A stretch of 38,297 nucleotides of DNA, taken from positions 1 to 38,297 of the forward strand of contig JANPLU010000023.1 in the NCBI GenBank assembly GCA_031422435.1. Direction: 5' to 3'. Position numbers and translations under genes: made by a program. A model generated the notes under the pieces. That model saw only the letters and a program-made list of their open reading frames with translations. It had not been told where the DNA came from and did not search any database. This stretch comes from Acaryochloridaceae cyanobacterium VAR_48_metabat_390. GTDB lineage: Bacteria > Cyanobacteriota > Cyanobacteriia > Thermosynechococcales > Thermosynechococcaceae. Below are positions 9,322 through 18,885 of this stretch, piece by piece (the first letter of the stretch is position 1; the number at the start of each line of letters is the position of its first letter).

Positions 9322-10149
9322 TTAGAGCTGCCCAATCATCTTATGGGTTTGCGGGATGACGCGAACAGACGTAAGCTGCTGCTTAAGTTTCGCTTGCCAA
9401 TCTAGCACTTGCTGCGGGGTAGGCGGCGTAGGTTGCCCTTTATCGGTCAAGGGCGTAACGGGCTGAAGAAAGAGAGGGATGTTAGGGTTTACCCGTGCCA
9501 CCAGCGCAGCGGCTTGGTTAAGGTCGGCCTCCGTAGTGTCGCGGGACGTAATAAGCTTGCAAAATACGGTCACGCCTGGCTGATTGCAGAGCTTGAGAAA
9601 CGCCTCATGCGCTTCCCAATGTGTTTCGCCGCTGACGCTCGGCAGTTTGAGATCCATACCCACCATATCCAGGTAAGGCAGCAATTTGTGCAGGTCATCC
9701 GGTCGATGCCCTCCGGTTTCGAGATAAACCGGAATCTGAACAGCAGTACGAAGCTGTCTCAAAAAATCAGCCAAGAAATCGGCATGGAGAAGCGGCTCTC
9801 CTCCCGTTAGGCTCAGGCTATCGTGCAGATTTACCACCGCCTGACGCTTCACCCAGGTGATGAGCTGCGAGATCTCCACCGGATTAGGATAAACCTCAAA
9901 GTCTCGCTGACCTGGCGTTACTTCGATTTTGCAGGTTGCCTGAGTGTGCCAGGTATGGGCGCTATCGCAAAAGCGGCATCGCAGATCGCATCCTCCAAAC
10001 CGCACAAAAAGCTGACGAGTACCAACGTTTAGCCCCTCTCCCTGAATTGCAGAGAAAATCTCCACCAGTGCAGCCGTTGGGGTAGGAGCATCTTCGATAA
10101 ATCCTGGATGCCGTGGAATTGCCACTTCCTTCTCTGTTATTAACTGCAT
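9322..10149 (-). CDS. queE: 7-carboxy-7-deazaguanine synthase (radical SAM)
   Basis: EIFSAIQGEG, CDLRCRFCDS (CxxxCxxC), LTGGEPL and RVIPQTHK motifs; overlaps the queC end. Confidence 0.93.
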   Translation of the reverse strand: MQLITEKEVAIPRHPGFIEDAPTPTAALVEIFSAIQGEGLNVGTRQLFVRFGGCDLRCRFCDSAHTWHTQATCKIEVTPGQRDFEVYPNPVEISQLITWVKRQAVVNLHDSLSLTGGEPLLHADFLADFLRQLRTAVQIPVYLETGGHRPDDLHKLLPYLDMVGMDLKLPSVSGETHWEAHEAFLKLCNQPGVTVFCKLITSRDTTEADLNQAAALVARVNPNIPLFLQPVTPLTDKGQPTPPTPQQVLDWQAKLKQQLTSVRVIPQTHKMIGQL

Positions 10150-10913
10150 AGCTCTTTTGACGCATAGGGCAACGGATCTCTAAGGCTAAGATCGGCAAAG
10201 GCCGCTAACCGCAGTTGACAAGAATCGCATACTCCACAAGCAACCGGTGGATTAACGCCGCCGCCATCGCTGTAGCAAGACCAGGTTTTAGCCCAGGGCA
10301 CTCCTAAGTCATTTCCCTTCTGAATAATGTCCGTTTTGCGAAGATTCAGCAGCGGAGCCACAATTTCAATGGGGACACCTTCTCGGCCTTGACGAGTGCC
10401 TAACCGAAACGCTTCCTGAACAGCCGCAATAAAGTCAGGGCGGCAGTCTGGATAGCCGGAGTAGTCAAGCTGATTAACGCCAATATAAATGTATCCTGCG
10501 CCAATCGCTTCGGCGTAGGATAGGGCAAAGCTTAAAAAAATAGTGTTACGCGCCGGAACATAGGTGATGGGGATATCTGCTGACATGGCTGAGGGCGATC
10601 GCCCTACAGGCAAATCAACCTGCATATCTGTCAGCGCAGAGCCGCCCCACTGTCCCAAATTAAACGTCACCACCTGATGCTCTTTGACCGCCGCTGTCTG
10701 GGCGATCGCTGCCGCCGCATCCATTTCTTGGCGATGACGCTGACCATAGTCAAACGACAGGGCATAGCAGTCTAGTCCCTGAGCCACTGCCCCATACAAA
10801 ACGGTAGAAGAGTCTAACCCTCCAGACAGTAGAACAATTGCCTTAGATGCCTCACGCTTTGTCACTTTGTCTATATGCCGCTTAGTTTTGGTAAGAGATT
10901 TTACATCTTGCAC
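10140..10913 (-). CDS. queC: 7-cyano-7-deazaguanine synthase
   Basis: LLSGGLDS PP-loop, YGQRH, TYVPARN, YPDCRP and TWSCY…CGVCDSC. The start is uncertain (GTG 10913 or a GTG near 10865). Confidence 0.95.
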   Translation of the reverse strand: MQDVKSLTKTKRHIDKVTKREASKAIVLLSGGLDSSTVLYGAVAQGLDCYALSFDYGQRHRQEMDAAAAIAQTAAVKEHQVVTFNLGQWGGSALTDMQVDLPVGRSPSAMSADIPITYVPARNTIFLSFALSYAEAIGAGYIYIGVNQLDYSGYPDCRPDFIAAVQEAFRLGTRQGREGVPIEIVAPLLNLRKTDIIQKGNDLGVPWAKTWSCYSDGGGVNPPVACGVCDSCQLRLAAFADLSLRDPLPYASKELCS

Positions 10914-11006
10914 TCTCTCATCCCCCTAGCCCCCTCTCCCCAGGAAGAAGGGGAATTAGACTCTTGCTCCCTCTCCTTAGGGAGAGGGTTGGGGTGAGGG
11001 GCAAAA
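10914..11006. repeat. palindromic dispersed repeat, copy 2 (BoxC-like)
   Basis: CTCATCCCCCTAGCCCCCTCTCCCCAGGAAGAAGGGG…CCCTCTCCTTAGGGAGAGGGTTGGGGTGAGGGGCAAAA; same architecture as 6393-6482. Confidence 0.8.
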
Positions 11007-11286
11007 GTTAAGGTTATTCAAGCCATAATCATCAAGCTGTTCTTCATCGTAGCCTGTTCCTCATCACAACATAAATACTGGAACCTAAGCATCAAAATTC
11101 ACTTCTTAAAGAGAGGATAATCCGCCAAAACCTCTATATATCTGACAGAATCGTAAGTCTCCATCGGATAAATCGCACGAATTGCGATAACTCGTGCTAG
11201 TATCCATCTGATCATTTAAACTTGGCAAAATCTTAAGGAAAATAGCCAAAACATTAACCGTCCTTTACGGTAGAGGGTTGTGAGGA

Positions 11287-12369
11287 GTGAGTAAACGCTT
11301 ATCGCCGACTCCATTGGGAGCCTATTCATCGCGGGGTCAGCTCGATCCCATTCGGATTGGGGTCATCGGCGTCGGGAATATGGGTCAGCATCATGTTCGG
11401 GTTTTAAGTCTGCTCAAAGATGTTGAGCTGGTGGGCATCTCCGACACCAACATTGAGCGCGGAATCGAAACCGCAAGCCAGTACCGAGTTCGATTTTTTG
11501 AAGACTATCGAGATTTGCTGCCCAATGTAGATGCCGTCTGCGTTGCTGTCCCCACGCGCCTGCACTACGAAGTAGGGATGGCGTGCTTAGGTGCGGGCGT
11601 AGATGTCTTACTTGAAAAGCCGATCGCCGCCAGCATTGCCGAAGCAGAATCTTTGGTCAATTCAGCGGCAGAAGCCCAGTGCTTACTTCAGGTGGGTCAT
11701 ATTGAGCGGTTTAACCCTGCGTTTCAAGAGCTGACTCAGGTCTTGAAAGTCGAAAGCCTTCTTGCCATTGAAGCCCATCGTATGAGTCCCTACTCCAACC
11801 GCGCCAACGATGTATCAGTGGTGCTGGATTTAATGATCCATGACATTGATCTACTGCTGGAGCTAAACGACTCACCCGTCGTGAGACTTAACGCCTGTGG
11901 AAACCGCAGTGACGATTCTCCCTACCTAGATTACGTTACGGCAACCCTAGGCTTTGCCAATGGCGTTGTCGCGTCCTTAACCGCTAGTAAAGTCTGTCAT
12001 CAAAAGCGCAGGCAAATTGTGGCGCACTGCAAACAGTCTCTAGTAGACGCTAACTTTTTAAGTAACGAAATTCATATCCATCGTTCAAATGTCATTCATC
12101 CTAGTGTTGCCGTTTCTAGTGGCTTTTACCGAAGTGACGGCATTACAGAACGGGTTGCAACCAAACGGGTTGAGCCACTCCACGCTGAACTCGAGCATTT
12201 TGTAAACTGCGTCCGTGGGGGGCAGCAGCCCTCCATCGGCGGGGAACAGGCGCTTAAGGCGCTCAAAATTGCTAGCCTCATTGAGCAAATGACGATGGAT
12301 GGTCAGCTTTGGAGTACGGCTTTGTCAGGCTCCCCTGATGGAAAAATGCTTCCCTTGACGGCGATTTAG
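11287..12369 (+). CDS. Gfo/Idh/MocA-family NAD(P)-dependent oxidoreductase
   Basis: GVIGVGNMG Rossmann motif, LEKPIA, VGHIERFNPA and DLMIHDID. GTG start preceded by GAGGA. Confidence 0.92.
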   Translation: MSKRLSPTPLGAYSSRGQLDPIRIGVIGVGNMGQHHVRVLSLLKDVELVGISDTNIERGIETASQYRVRFFEDYRDLLPNVDAVCVAVPTRLHYEVGMACLGAGVDVLLEKPIAASIAEAESLVNSAAEAQCLLQVGHIERFNPAFQELTQVLKVESLLAIEAHRMSPYSNRANDVSVVLDLMIHDIDLLLELNDSPVVRLNACGNRSDDSPYLDYVTATLGFANGVVASLTASKVCHQKRRQIVAHCKQSLVDANFLSNEIHIHRSNVIHPSVAVSSGFYRSDGITERVATKRVEPLHAELEHFVNCVRGGQQPSIGGEQALKALKIASLIEQMTMDGQLWSTALSGSPDGKMLPLTAI

Positions 12370-12446
12370 GCAATATGGGGCTAGATTAGAGGCAAGCCTA
12401 TAAGTAAGCTTAAACATTCAAGTTTTATCCCAAAGGATCCATATTT

Positions 12447-12590
12447 ATGTCATCGGATTTTGATCGCGGCATTATGAAGTTTAAAGGCGCGGATAATCCT
12501 CTGATTATTACGCTATCGGCAATGGTTATTTTGGGCGCCATTTTGACGCTAGTCTGGTGGTCGCTGCATTCTGCCTATGCGCTTCACTAG
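12447..12590 (+). CDS. ndhQ: NDH-1L complex small subunit NdhQ (47 aa; absent from ORF track)
   Basis: Manual translation MSSDFDRGIMKFKGADNPLIITLSAMVILGAILTLVWWSLHSAYALH matches the NdhQ pattern as I recall it (DFxRGIMKFxGADxP, one TM helix, WWxLHxAYA). It has its own terminator. Confidence 0.87.
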   Translation: MSSDFDRGIMKFKGADNPLIITLSAMVILGAILTLVWWSLHSAYALH

Positions 12591-12612
12591 CATTTTGTAA
12601 ATCTATGAAGCC

Positions 12613-12648
12613 AATCCAGCAAGGGCGTTTTCCTTTGCTGGATTTTTT
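12613..12648 (+). terminator. intrinsic terminator after ndhQ
   Basis: AATCCAGCAAGG…CCTTTGCTGGATT stem followed by a T-run. Confidence 0.75.
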
Positions 12649-12655
12649 AATGCGC

Positions 12656-12691
12656 AAAAAATTCAGCCCCCAACAGTTGTTAGGGGCTGAA
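12656..12691 (-). terminator. intrinsic terminator after rnj
   Basis: TTCAGCCCC…GGGGCTGAA stem with an A6 run on its left (U-tail on the minus strand). Confidence 0.75.
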
Positions 12692-12748
12692 AGTGTTCGT
12701 TTTGGTTATGTTTTGGGTGCGATCGCCGAACGACCTAACACCAATTCT

Positions 12749-14605
12749 CTAAGACGCAGCCTTTGCAGTGCTACGCTGCCGACGGGTTGGAGTAGGTGTA
12801 CCACTGCCCGTTGTGACCACAGCAGCAGCAGACGAAACGATCGGAGACGGAATCGTTTTCACGGCGGATGTAGGGACAGTTACTCGAGTGGTGCGCCGTT
12901 CGGCTTGCTGAGGGTACTGCATCAAAAACAGCAGAGAGGCTCTGGTTTGTAGCTCACGGCGAAGCAAACCGTTTAGCTCACGCTCTAGATGAGTCTTTAA
13001 GCCTTCCCAATCAATATCAAGCTGACCGTCTTCTTCTTTGGTGGTGTACTGCTCCCAGCGGTTTCTCAGGGCTAGCTCAATGGCTTCTTTCACCCACGTT
13101 CTCCACTTATCGTGGTTCACGCTGGTGACAACCCCGCGTAAATGCACCTCTGGAGCCGTCAGCATTTCGCCATTAGCACCAATCACTGCCGCCACCGTCA
13201 CCATTCCATCTTCCGCGAGGCGCTGCCGCTCTTGGAGGACGTTCGCCTGCACAATGCCTGCGGTATCCATCAGCTCAATGCCTGCGGGTACCTTGCCGCC
13301 AATCTTGATAGATTCTGGGGTCAGTTCAACCACATCGCCATTGTCAATAATAACCATGTTCTCTGCCGGAACGCCGACGCTCTGAGCAGTCTCAGAATGC
13401 TTGATCAGCATTCGGTGTTCACCATGCACGGGCAAAAAGAACTTAGGCTTCGTTAAGGCCAGCATCAGCTTCTGATCTTCTTGACAGCCGTGACCAGAGA
13501 CGTGAATCCCTTTATCGCGACCGTAGACCACGTGGGCACCCTGAATCATGAGCTGGTCAATGGTGTTGACCACAGAAATGGTGTTACCTGGGATGGGGTT
13601 AGCTGAAAAGACCACCGTATCGCCTTGGCGAATTTGGATTTGGCGGTGTTCTTTACGCGCAATCCGAGACATCGCCGCCATTGGCTCACCTTGAGAACCC
13701 GTCGTAAGAATAATGACCTTGTGGTCGGGCAGGTTACGAATGGCCTGGAGGGGTTCAAAGAGGTTGTCGGGGCACTTGATGTAGCCCAGATTGCGAGCGT
13801 GAGCAATCACATTGAGCATAGAGCGACCCAGCACAGACACCACGCGGTTGTGCTTTTGAGCCAGTTCCAAAATCATGTTGATGCGGTGCACCGAAGAGGC
13901 AAAGGTTGTTACCAATAAGCGACCCTTCGCCTGACTGATAATGCGATCAAGGTTCGGGAACACAGAGCGCTCCGAAGGGGTAAACCCAGGCAGCTCTGAG
14001 TTAGTGGAGTCGCTAATAAGGCACAGAACGCCTTTCTCGCCATACTCTGCAAGGCGCTGGAGGTCAAAATACTCACCATCCACAGGGGTGTGGTCGATTT
14101 TGAAATCGCCTGTGTGAATCACCACGCCAACGGGGGTATGAATCGCCACCGTAAAGCTATCGGCGATCGAGTGGGTATTACGAATAAACTCTACAAAGAA
14201 GTGCTTGCCGTAGCGCACAATCTCACGAGGGCCAACGGTATGCAGCTTTGTCTTACCCGCTACGCCTGCTTCTTCTAGCTTGCCTTGCAGCAGCGCCATG
14301 GCAAGGCGAGGGCCATAAATGACCGGAATATTAAATTGCTTGAGGTGAAAGGCAATGCCGCCAATATGGTCTTCGTGACCGTGGGTAACAATCATGCCCT
14401 TAATTTTGTGCTGATTGTCGCGCAGATAGGTCATATCTGGCAGCACAATGTTTACGCCATGCATCCCGTCTGTTGGGAATGCAAGCCCTGCATCTAAAAG
14501 GATGATTTCATCTTCGTACTCGAATACACAGGTGTTTTTGCCAATTTCATGAAGCCCACCGAGGGGAATTACTTTGAGTGGGGATACAGCAGCAGCAGTC
14601 GTCAT
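12749..14605 (-). CDS. rnj: ribonuclease J
   Basis: IPLGGLHEIGKN, THGHEDHIG, HSIAD, HTGDFK, DSTN, TGSQGEP and HVSGH motifs. ATG 14605 is preferred; the ORF is open to 14704. Confidence 0.96.
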   Translation of the reverse strand: MTTAAAVSPLKVIPLGGLHEIGKNTCVFEYEDEIILLDAGLAFPTDGMHGVNIVLPDMTYLRDNQHKIKGMIVTHGHEDHIGGIAFHLKQFNIPVIYGPRLAMALLQGKLEEAGVAGKTKLHTVGPREIVRYGKHFFVEFIRNTHSIADSFTVAIHTPVGVVIHTGDFKIDHTPVDGEYFDLQRLAEYGEKGVLCLISDSTNSELPGFTPSERSVFPNLDRIISQAKGRLLVTTFASSVHRINMILELAQKHNRVVSVLGRSMLNVIAHARNLGYIKCPDNLFEPLQAIRNLPDHKVIILTTGSQGEPMAAMSRIARKEHRQIQIRQGDTVVFSANPIPGNTISVVNTIDQLMIQGAHVVYGRDKGIHVSGHGCQEDQKLMLALTKPKFFLPVHGEHRMLIKHSETAQSVGVPAENMVIIDNGDVVELTPESIKIGGKVPAGIELMDTAGIVQANVLQERQRLAEDGMVTVAAVIGANGEMLTAPEVHLRGVVTSVNHDKWRTWVKEAIELALRNRWEQYTTKEEDGQLDIDWEGLKTHLERELNGLLRRELQTRASLLFLMQYPQQAERRTTRVTVPTSAVKTIPSPIVSSAAAVVTTGSGTPTPTRRQRSTAKAAS

Positions 14606-14748
14606 AGGTTTTTTGTCTCTTTTAATTAGATTAGTCATGTAATGGGGGTATTGGGTTGTAAAAAACTTTGCTTCGGTCATACCGTTGACCCTAGTAAAGG
14701 GCACAGTAAAACTGGGATATCGTGAATAGTCTGTGCTTACTTATGGAT

Positions 14749-15633
14749 TTACAGAAGTGACAAATCTGTAAGTACCTGCTTAATATCGCGCTCTATATCC
14801 GCTGGCACATCTGGAAGTGGGAGCCGAGTGCTGCCTACTGCCCATCCCTGTAGCCGCAGCGCAGCTTTAAGAGGGATAGGGTTTGCCGTTGCAAACAGTG
14901 CCTTAAAGAGGGGTATAAGCTGGAGATGAATGCTGGTCGCTTCTTGAGGACGGCCTTCAAAGAAGTGTTTCACCATCTGCTGCATTAAGTCACCAACCAA
15001 ATGGCTGGCAACGCTAACCACGCCAGACCCACCCACTGCGAGCATGGGCAGCGTGAGCGAATCATCGCCGCAGTAAATCTCAAAGGTTGAGGGCGTTAGG
15101 CGGCGAATTTGGCTGGCTTGGTCAAGGCTCCCGCTGGCTTCTTTAACCGCCACAATGTTCTGCAAATTTGCGAGACGTGCGACGGTCTCTGGCTGCAAAT
15201 TTTGACCTGTGCGCCCAGGGACGTTGTAAAGCATGATGGGCAGGTCGGGCACGGCTGCGGCGATCGCCTTGAAATGCTCGTACAGTCCTTCTTGAGGCGG
15301 CTTATTGTAGTAGGGCACCACCAAGAGGGCACCGTCTAAACCTAAGGCCGCTGCCTTACGGGTTGCTTCAATCGCCTCATGGGTCGAATTAGAGCCTGTC
15401 CCCGCCAAAACCTTAGCACGTCCGGCTACTGCCTGCTTAATTACCTGAAAAAGCTGATATTCTTCATCCCAGGTAAGGGTAGGAGACTCACCTGTAGTGC
15501 CGCAAACGACAAGCCCGTCAGAGCCATGATCCACGAGGTAGCTTGCAAGCTTTGCTGCTACGTCGTAGTCAACGTCTCCCGTAAGGTTAAAGGGTGTGAC
15601 CATTGCCGTCACAATTCGTCCAAAATGAGTCAC
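14749..15633 (-). CDS. dapA: 4-hydroxy-tetrahydrodipicolinate synthase
   Basis: [32 protein letters not shown] and GDD motifs. GTG 15633 is preferred; the ORF is open to 15723. Confidence 0.96.
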   Translation of the reverse strand: MTHFGRIVTAMVTPFNLTGDVDYDVAAKLASYLVDHGSDGLVVCGTTGESPTLTWDEEYQLFQVIKQAVAGRAKVLAGTGSNSTHEAIEATRKAAALGLDGALLVVPYYNKPPQEGLYEHFKAIAAAVPDLPIMLYNVPGRTGQNLQPETVARLANLQNIVAVKEASGSLDQASQIRRLTPSTFEIYCGDDSLTLPMLAVGGSGVVSVASHLVGDLMQQMVKHFFEGRPQEATSIHLQLIPLFKALFATANPIPLKAALRLQGWAVGSTRLPLPDVPADIERDIKQVLTDLSLL

Positions 15634-15861
15634 AGGACTTGAACTCCAGATTGGGACAGGCAGAATAGCAAACTGTTTCGGATTTGAATTGAAACTCGAA
15701 TCAAGCTTTACTCCACTCCTCAAGATAAATGATGTTCGTTATTTACCAACACACTCGTTGAACCGAAAGTTTAGGATTATTAAATTGCTGAAGCTCATTG
15801 AGCAATGATATTGAATGCCTTAGTCAAAGTCGAAAAGCCAAGTTTTCAAAGCATCCCAAAC

Positions 15862-16905
15862 TTAATGAACAAGCTCTCGCTGATATGGTTTTAGCGCATT
15901 TTGCTCAATCAGCAACTCTGCAATTTGGACTGCATTTAGCGCTGCTCCCTTACGGATTTGATCGCCACTGAGCCATAGCTCTAGACCACAAGGATGCGAT
16001 AAGTCCTGACGAATCCGTCCAACCAGCACATCATCTAGACCGCTTGCCTCCATCGGCATAGGGAAGTAGTTTTGACTCCAGTCTTCTACTAACTTAACCC
16101 CAGGTGCACTCCGCAAAAGCGCTCGTGCCGTTTCAACAGAAAATGGTTGGGCAAATTCTAGATTGAGGGATTCTGAATGCGCTCTTAGTACTGGAACCCT
16201 AACACACGTTGCACTGACTCGTAAATTAGGAAGACCCAAGATTTTTCGAGTTTCATAAACCATTTTTAACTCTTCCGCGCAATAGCCATTATCGCTCAAA
16301 TCTGAGTTATGGGTGAACAAGTTAAACGCTAAAGGGTAAGGAAAACAGTCTGTTGGCGGCGTTTTTCCATCTAAGATGGCCTGAGTTTGAACCTTTAGCT
16401 CTTCCATTGCCCGCGCTCCAGCACCGCTGGCAGATTGATAGGTCGCAGCCACAATTCGCTGGATGGGCTGAACCTGGTGGAGCGGCCAAATCGCTACAGA
16501 CATCAAAATTGTGGTGCAGTTGGGGTTAGCAATAATTCCTTGATGCTGTGTGGCGGCCTCAGGATTCACCTCTGGCACAACTAGAGGCACTAAAGGATCC
16601 ATCCGAAAGGCGCTGGAGTTATCGACCACCACTGCACCAGCAGCGACGGCCTTTGGTGCCCAGAACTGTGAGACAGTTCCGCCAGCAGATGCCAGCACTA
16701 GGTCTATGCCCTTAAAGGCTTGCTCCGTCACTTCTTCAACTTGGATATCAGAACCCTTGAAGTTAATTTTTTGACCCGCTGAGCGGGCGGATGCCAACAG
16801 CTTGAGTTCAGACAATGGAAAATTTCGCGACTCTAAAATCTGAAGTAGCTCCGCCCCAACGGCACCTGTAGCCCCTAGAATGCCAACACGATATAACTGA
16901 GTCAA
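15862..16905 (-). CDS. asd: aspartate-semialdehyde dehydrogenase
   Basis: GATGAVG, DNSSAFRM, ANPNCTT, TYQSASGAG, CVRVPV and RKGAALNAVQIAE motifs. TTG start preceded by GGAGG. Confidence 0.96.
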   Translation of the reverse strand: MTQLYRVGILGATGAVGAELLQILESRNFPLSELKLLASARSAGQKINFKGSDIQVEEVTEQAFKGIDLVLASAGGTVSQFWAPKAVAAGAVVVDNSSAFRMDPLVPLVVPEVNPEAATQHQGIIANPNCTTILMSVAIWPLHQVQPIQRIVAATYQSASGAGARAMEELKVQTQAILDGKTPPTDCFPYPLAFNLFTHNSDLSDNGYCAEELKMVYETRKILGLPNLRVSATCVRVPVLRAHSESLNLEFAQPFSVETARALLRSAPGVKLVEDWSQNYFPMPMEASGLDDVLVGRIRQDLSHPCGLELWLSGDQIRKGAALNAVQIAELLIEQNALKPYQRELVH

Positions 16906-17521
16906 TCCAATGGCCTCCGTAACAAATGATGTTATCTTCCTAAAGATTAAACGTTAGACAAGGACAGTAGGACTACCATTTTTTCAGGCATAGGAATGCA
17001 TACTTTTGATACATGCAAGCAATAAAAGCTTTACTAAAAAACTTTGTGGCAACGTAAACATTGACTCAGTTCTATACTGAACCAATTTAGCCCTATGCTT
17101 TTTCGTACTGTGCCAGCTAAACCTCGTTTTGGAATTTAGCTCTTGGTGTACAGCGCTTCTCTCTGTTAAGTCCATTGTACACGCTTCTCAAGAGAGATAG
17201 AACAAGACGACTGAAAGATCTGGGTAAAGATCACGAAAGATTAAACTTGGAGGGATTGGGCTATCTAGCCTCAGGGTTTTAGATTAACCAACACCTAAAT
17301 TACCTAGCCACTTCAGCCACAGCATCTTTATCATTGTCAGGAAGTTGATAAGTGGAAACGATTGCCATTTCCCAGGCCATCGGCAGAAAATAAGCCCTCG
17401 CATATCAACGTTACTGAAGTACCGCCTCAAACTGTCGTCGCAAAGCATCGGACGCAGGAGATGCCAAAATCCAAAGATTAGGAGAGATCAGCCCCTGAAA
17501 ATAACCCTAGACAGTACAAAA

Positions 17522-18268
17522 CTAAATTCCCCCAAACCACTCATAACCTAGATCTTCCCAGTAGCCTTTGGTAGGCATGAGCTGATCCACTAGGGTAATT
17601 TGCGTTACCCACTTGCTTTGCTTATAGCCCAACTTAATCGGAGAAGCCAAGCGTAAAGGTGCGCCGTTATCAACCGAAAGAGGCCGACCATTTCTTTGAT
17701 AGGCTATCAGGGTTTGGGGGTGCAGCGACGAGGCTAAATCCCAGCTTTCATAATAGCCATCGGCAGACTTAAAGTAAACGTACCGAGCATTGGGCTTAGG
17801 TTTCGCCAGCAGTATCAAATCAGATAGCCGCACCCCGCCCCACTGCACAATCGCAGCCCAGCCCTCAACGCAGACGTGCTGAATCACCATAGAAGTGAGA
17901 GGCAGCGTTTGCAGGTCTGTCATGGATAGCTTCAGTGGACTGTTGACAGCGCCATTAATGGTGAGCTGAAACTTATTCGGGTCAATTTGTGGCGTTGCAT
18001 CAAAGGTATTAATCAGCAGCTTTTCATCCGGCTCAATGGCGCTGACAGGGAACTCCGGCACGGGTTTATTGCTAAGCATCAAGGCATTGAGGCTGGCATT
18101 GAGCGGGTCAAAAACCTTCCCAATCGGTTCAGACAATAGGGTGGTGCCGCAACCGCCCAGCAGTAGACCCAGCCCAGAGAACCCAGCCCCCTGAAGCATT
18201 TGGCGACGAGACAACCGATTTTGTAGCTGTAGATAATTGGCAAGCTGCTGATCAAACACGGCCTGCAC
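17522..18268 (-). CDS. Tat-exported molybdopterin-dependent oxidoreductase, sulfite-oxidase family (MsrP/YedY-like)
   Basis: Twin-arginine SRRQML followed by a hydrophobic stretch, HVCVEGW (Mo-ligating Cys), WGGVRL, NGAPLRL..PIKLGYKQSKW and GYWEDLGY. Start is GTG 18268 or 18259. Confidence 0.88.
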   Translation of the reverse strand: MQAVFDQQLANYLQLQNRLSRRQMLQGAGFSGLGLLLGGCGTTLLSEPIGKVFDPLNASLNALMLSNKPVPEFPVSAIEPDEKLLINTFDATPQIDPNKFQLTINGAVNSPLKLSMTDLQTLPLTSMVIQHVCVEGWAAIVQWGGVRLSDLILLAKPKPNARYVYFKSADGYYESWDLASSLHPQTLIAYQRNGRPLSVDNGAPLRLASPIKLGYKQSKWVTQITLVDQLMPTKGYWEDLGYEWFGGI

Positions 18269-18875
18269 CTCTCAAAAACATAGAGTTCACTAAGCGAAGT
18301 CCACCCACCTTCAGCGCCAAAACCGAGTGAAGGAACGTGAACAGTAAAACGGTAGGGACGGTAATAAAATGAACCGTTCGCAGGATTTGCCAACTTCCGA
18401 ATAAACCTGAGAGCCAAGCAAATTGAGCGGGTTTATACATCGCAAGGCCGCTAAAGATCGCCAATACCAGCACCGGAATAATGGCGGTATATACCAGCCG
18501 ATGCCATGCGTAGTTTTTGCGCTTAACGTTGTGGCTGCTTTGCAGCGCCTTAATATCTTGGCTATCCACAAACCGACGGTTCCAACGGCGTGTGAGAACT
18601 ATATATAGGCCATAGAGCAGCAGGTTAATGCAATAAAACCACATCACGGCAAAATGCCAGCTTCTGCCGCCCCCCAGCCAGCCCCCTAAGGTAAACGTGG
18701 ACGGAAATGTCCAGCCGCCTCTTCCCCCAAAGACTGGATTGGCGTTATAAATTTGCAGTCCGCTGCTGAGCATCAAAAATAGGCTGACAATATTAATCCA
18801 GTGAAAGATTTTTGCCAGCAATGCCTGACTGGGCTGCGATCGCCCTTTTTTGCGCACAGAATTTGGTGTATCCAT
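18252..18875 (-). CDS. di-haem cytochrome b/b6-domain membrane protein (partner of the molybdoenzyme)
   Basis: Four TM helices with candidate His haem ligands (IFHWIN, SWHFAV, TVHF, LHS) and SGLQIYNA. Overlaps the downstream gene. ATG 18875 is preferred over 18917. Confidence 0.85.
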   Translation of the reverse strand: MDTPNSVRKKGRSQPSQALLAKIFHWINIVSLFLMLSSGLQIYNANPVFGGRGGWTFPSTFTLGGWLGGGRSWHFAVMWFYCINLLLYGLYIVLTRRWNRRFVDSQDIKALQSSHNVKRKNYAWHRLVYTAIIPVLVLAIFSGLAMYKPAQFAWLSGLFGSWQILRTVHFITVPTVLLFTFLHSVLALKVGGLRLVNSMFLRGAGRV

Positions 18876-18885
18876 AGTGCCTATG

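Noticed and set aside
9322..10913. queC/queE as part of a 7-deazaguanine DNA-modification (dpd) defence island
   Set aside because: No dpdA/tgt-like, helicase or other dpd genes nearby. A queC-queE pair in a core context fits ordinary queuosine biosynthesis.
4714..11242. Shared 14-mer AATCTTAAGGAAAA at about 4714 and 11229
   Set aside because: Different contexts (terminator flank versus 5' region) with no extended similarity; likely coincidental.
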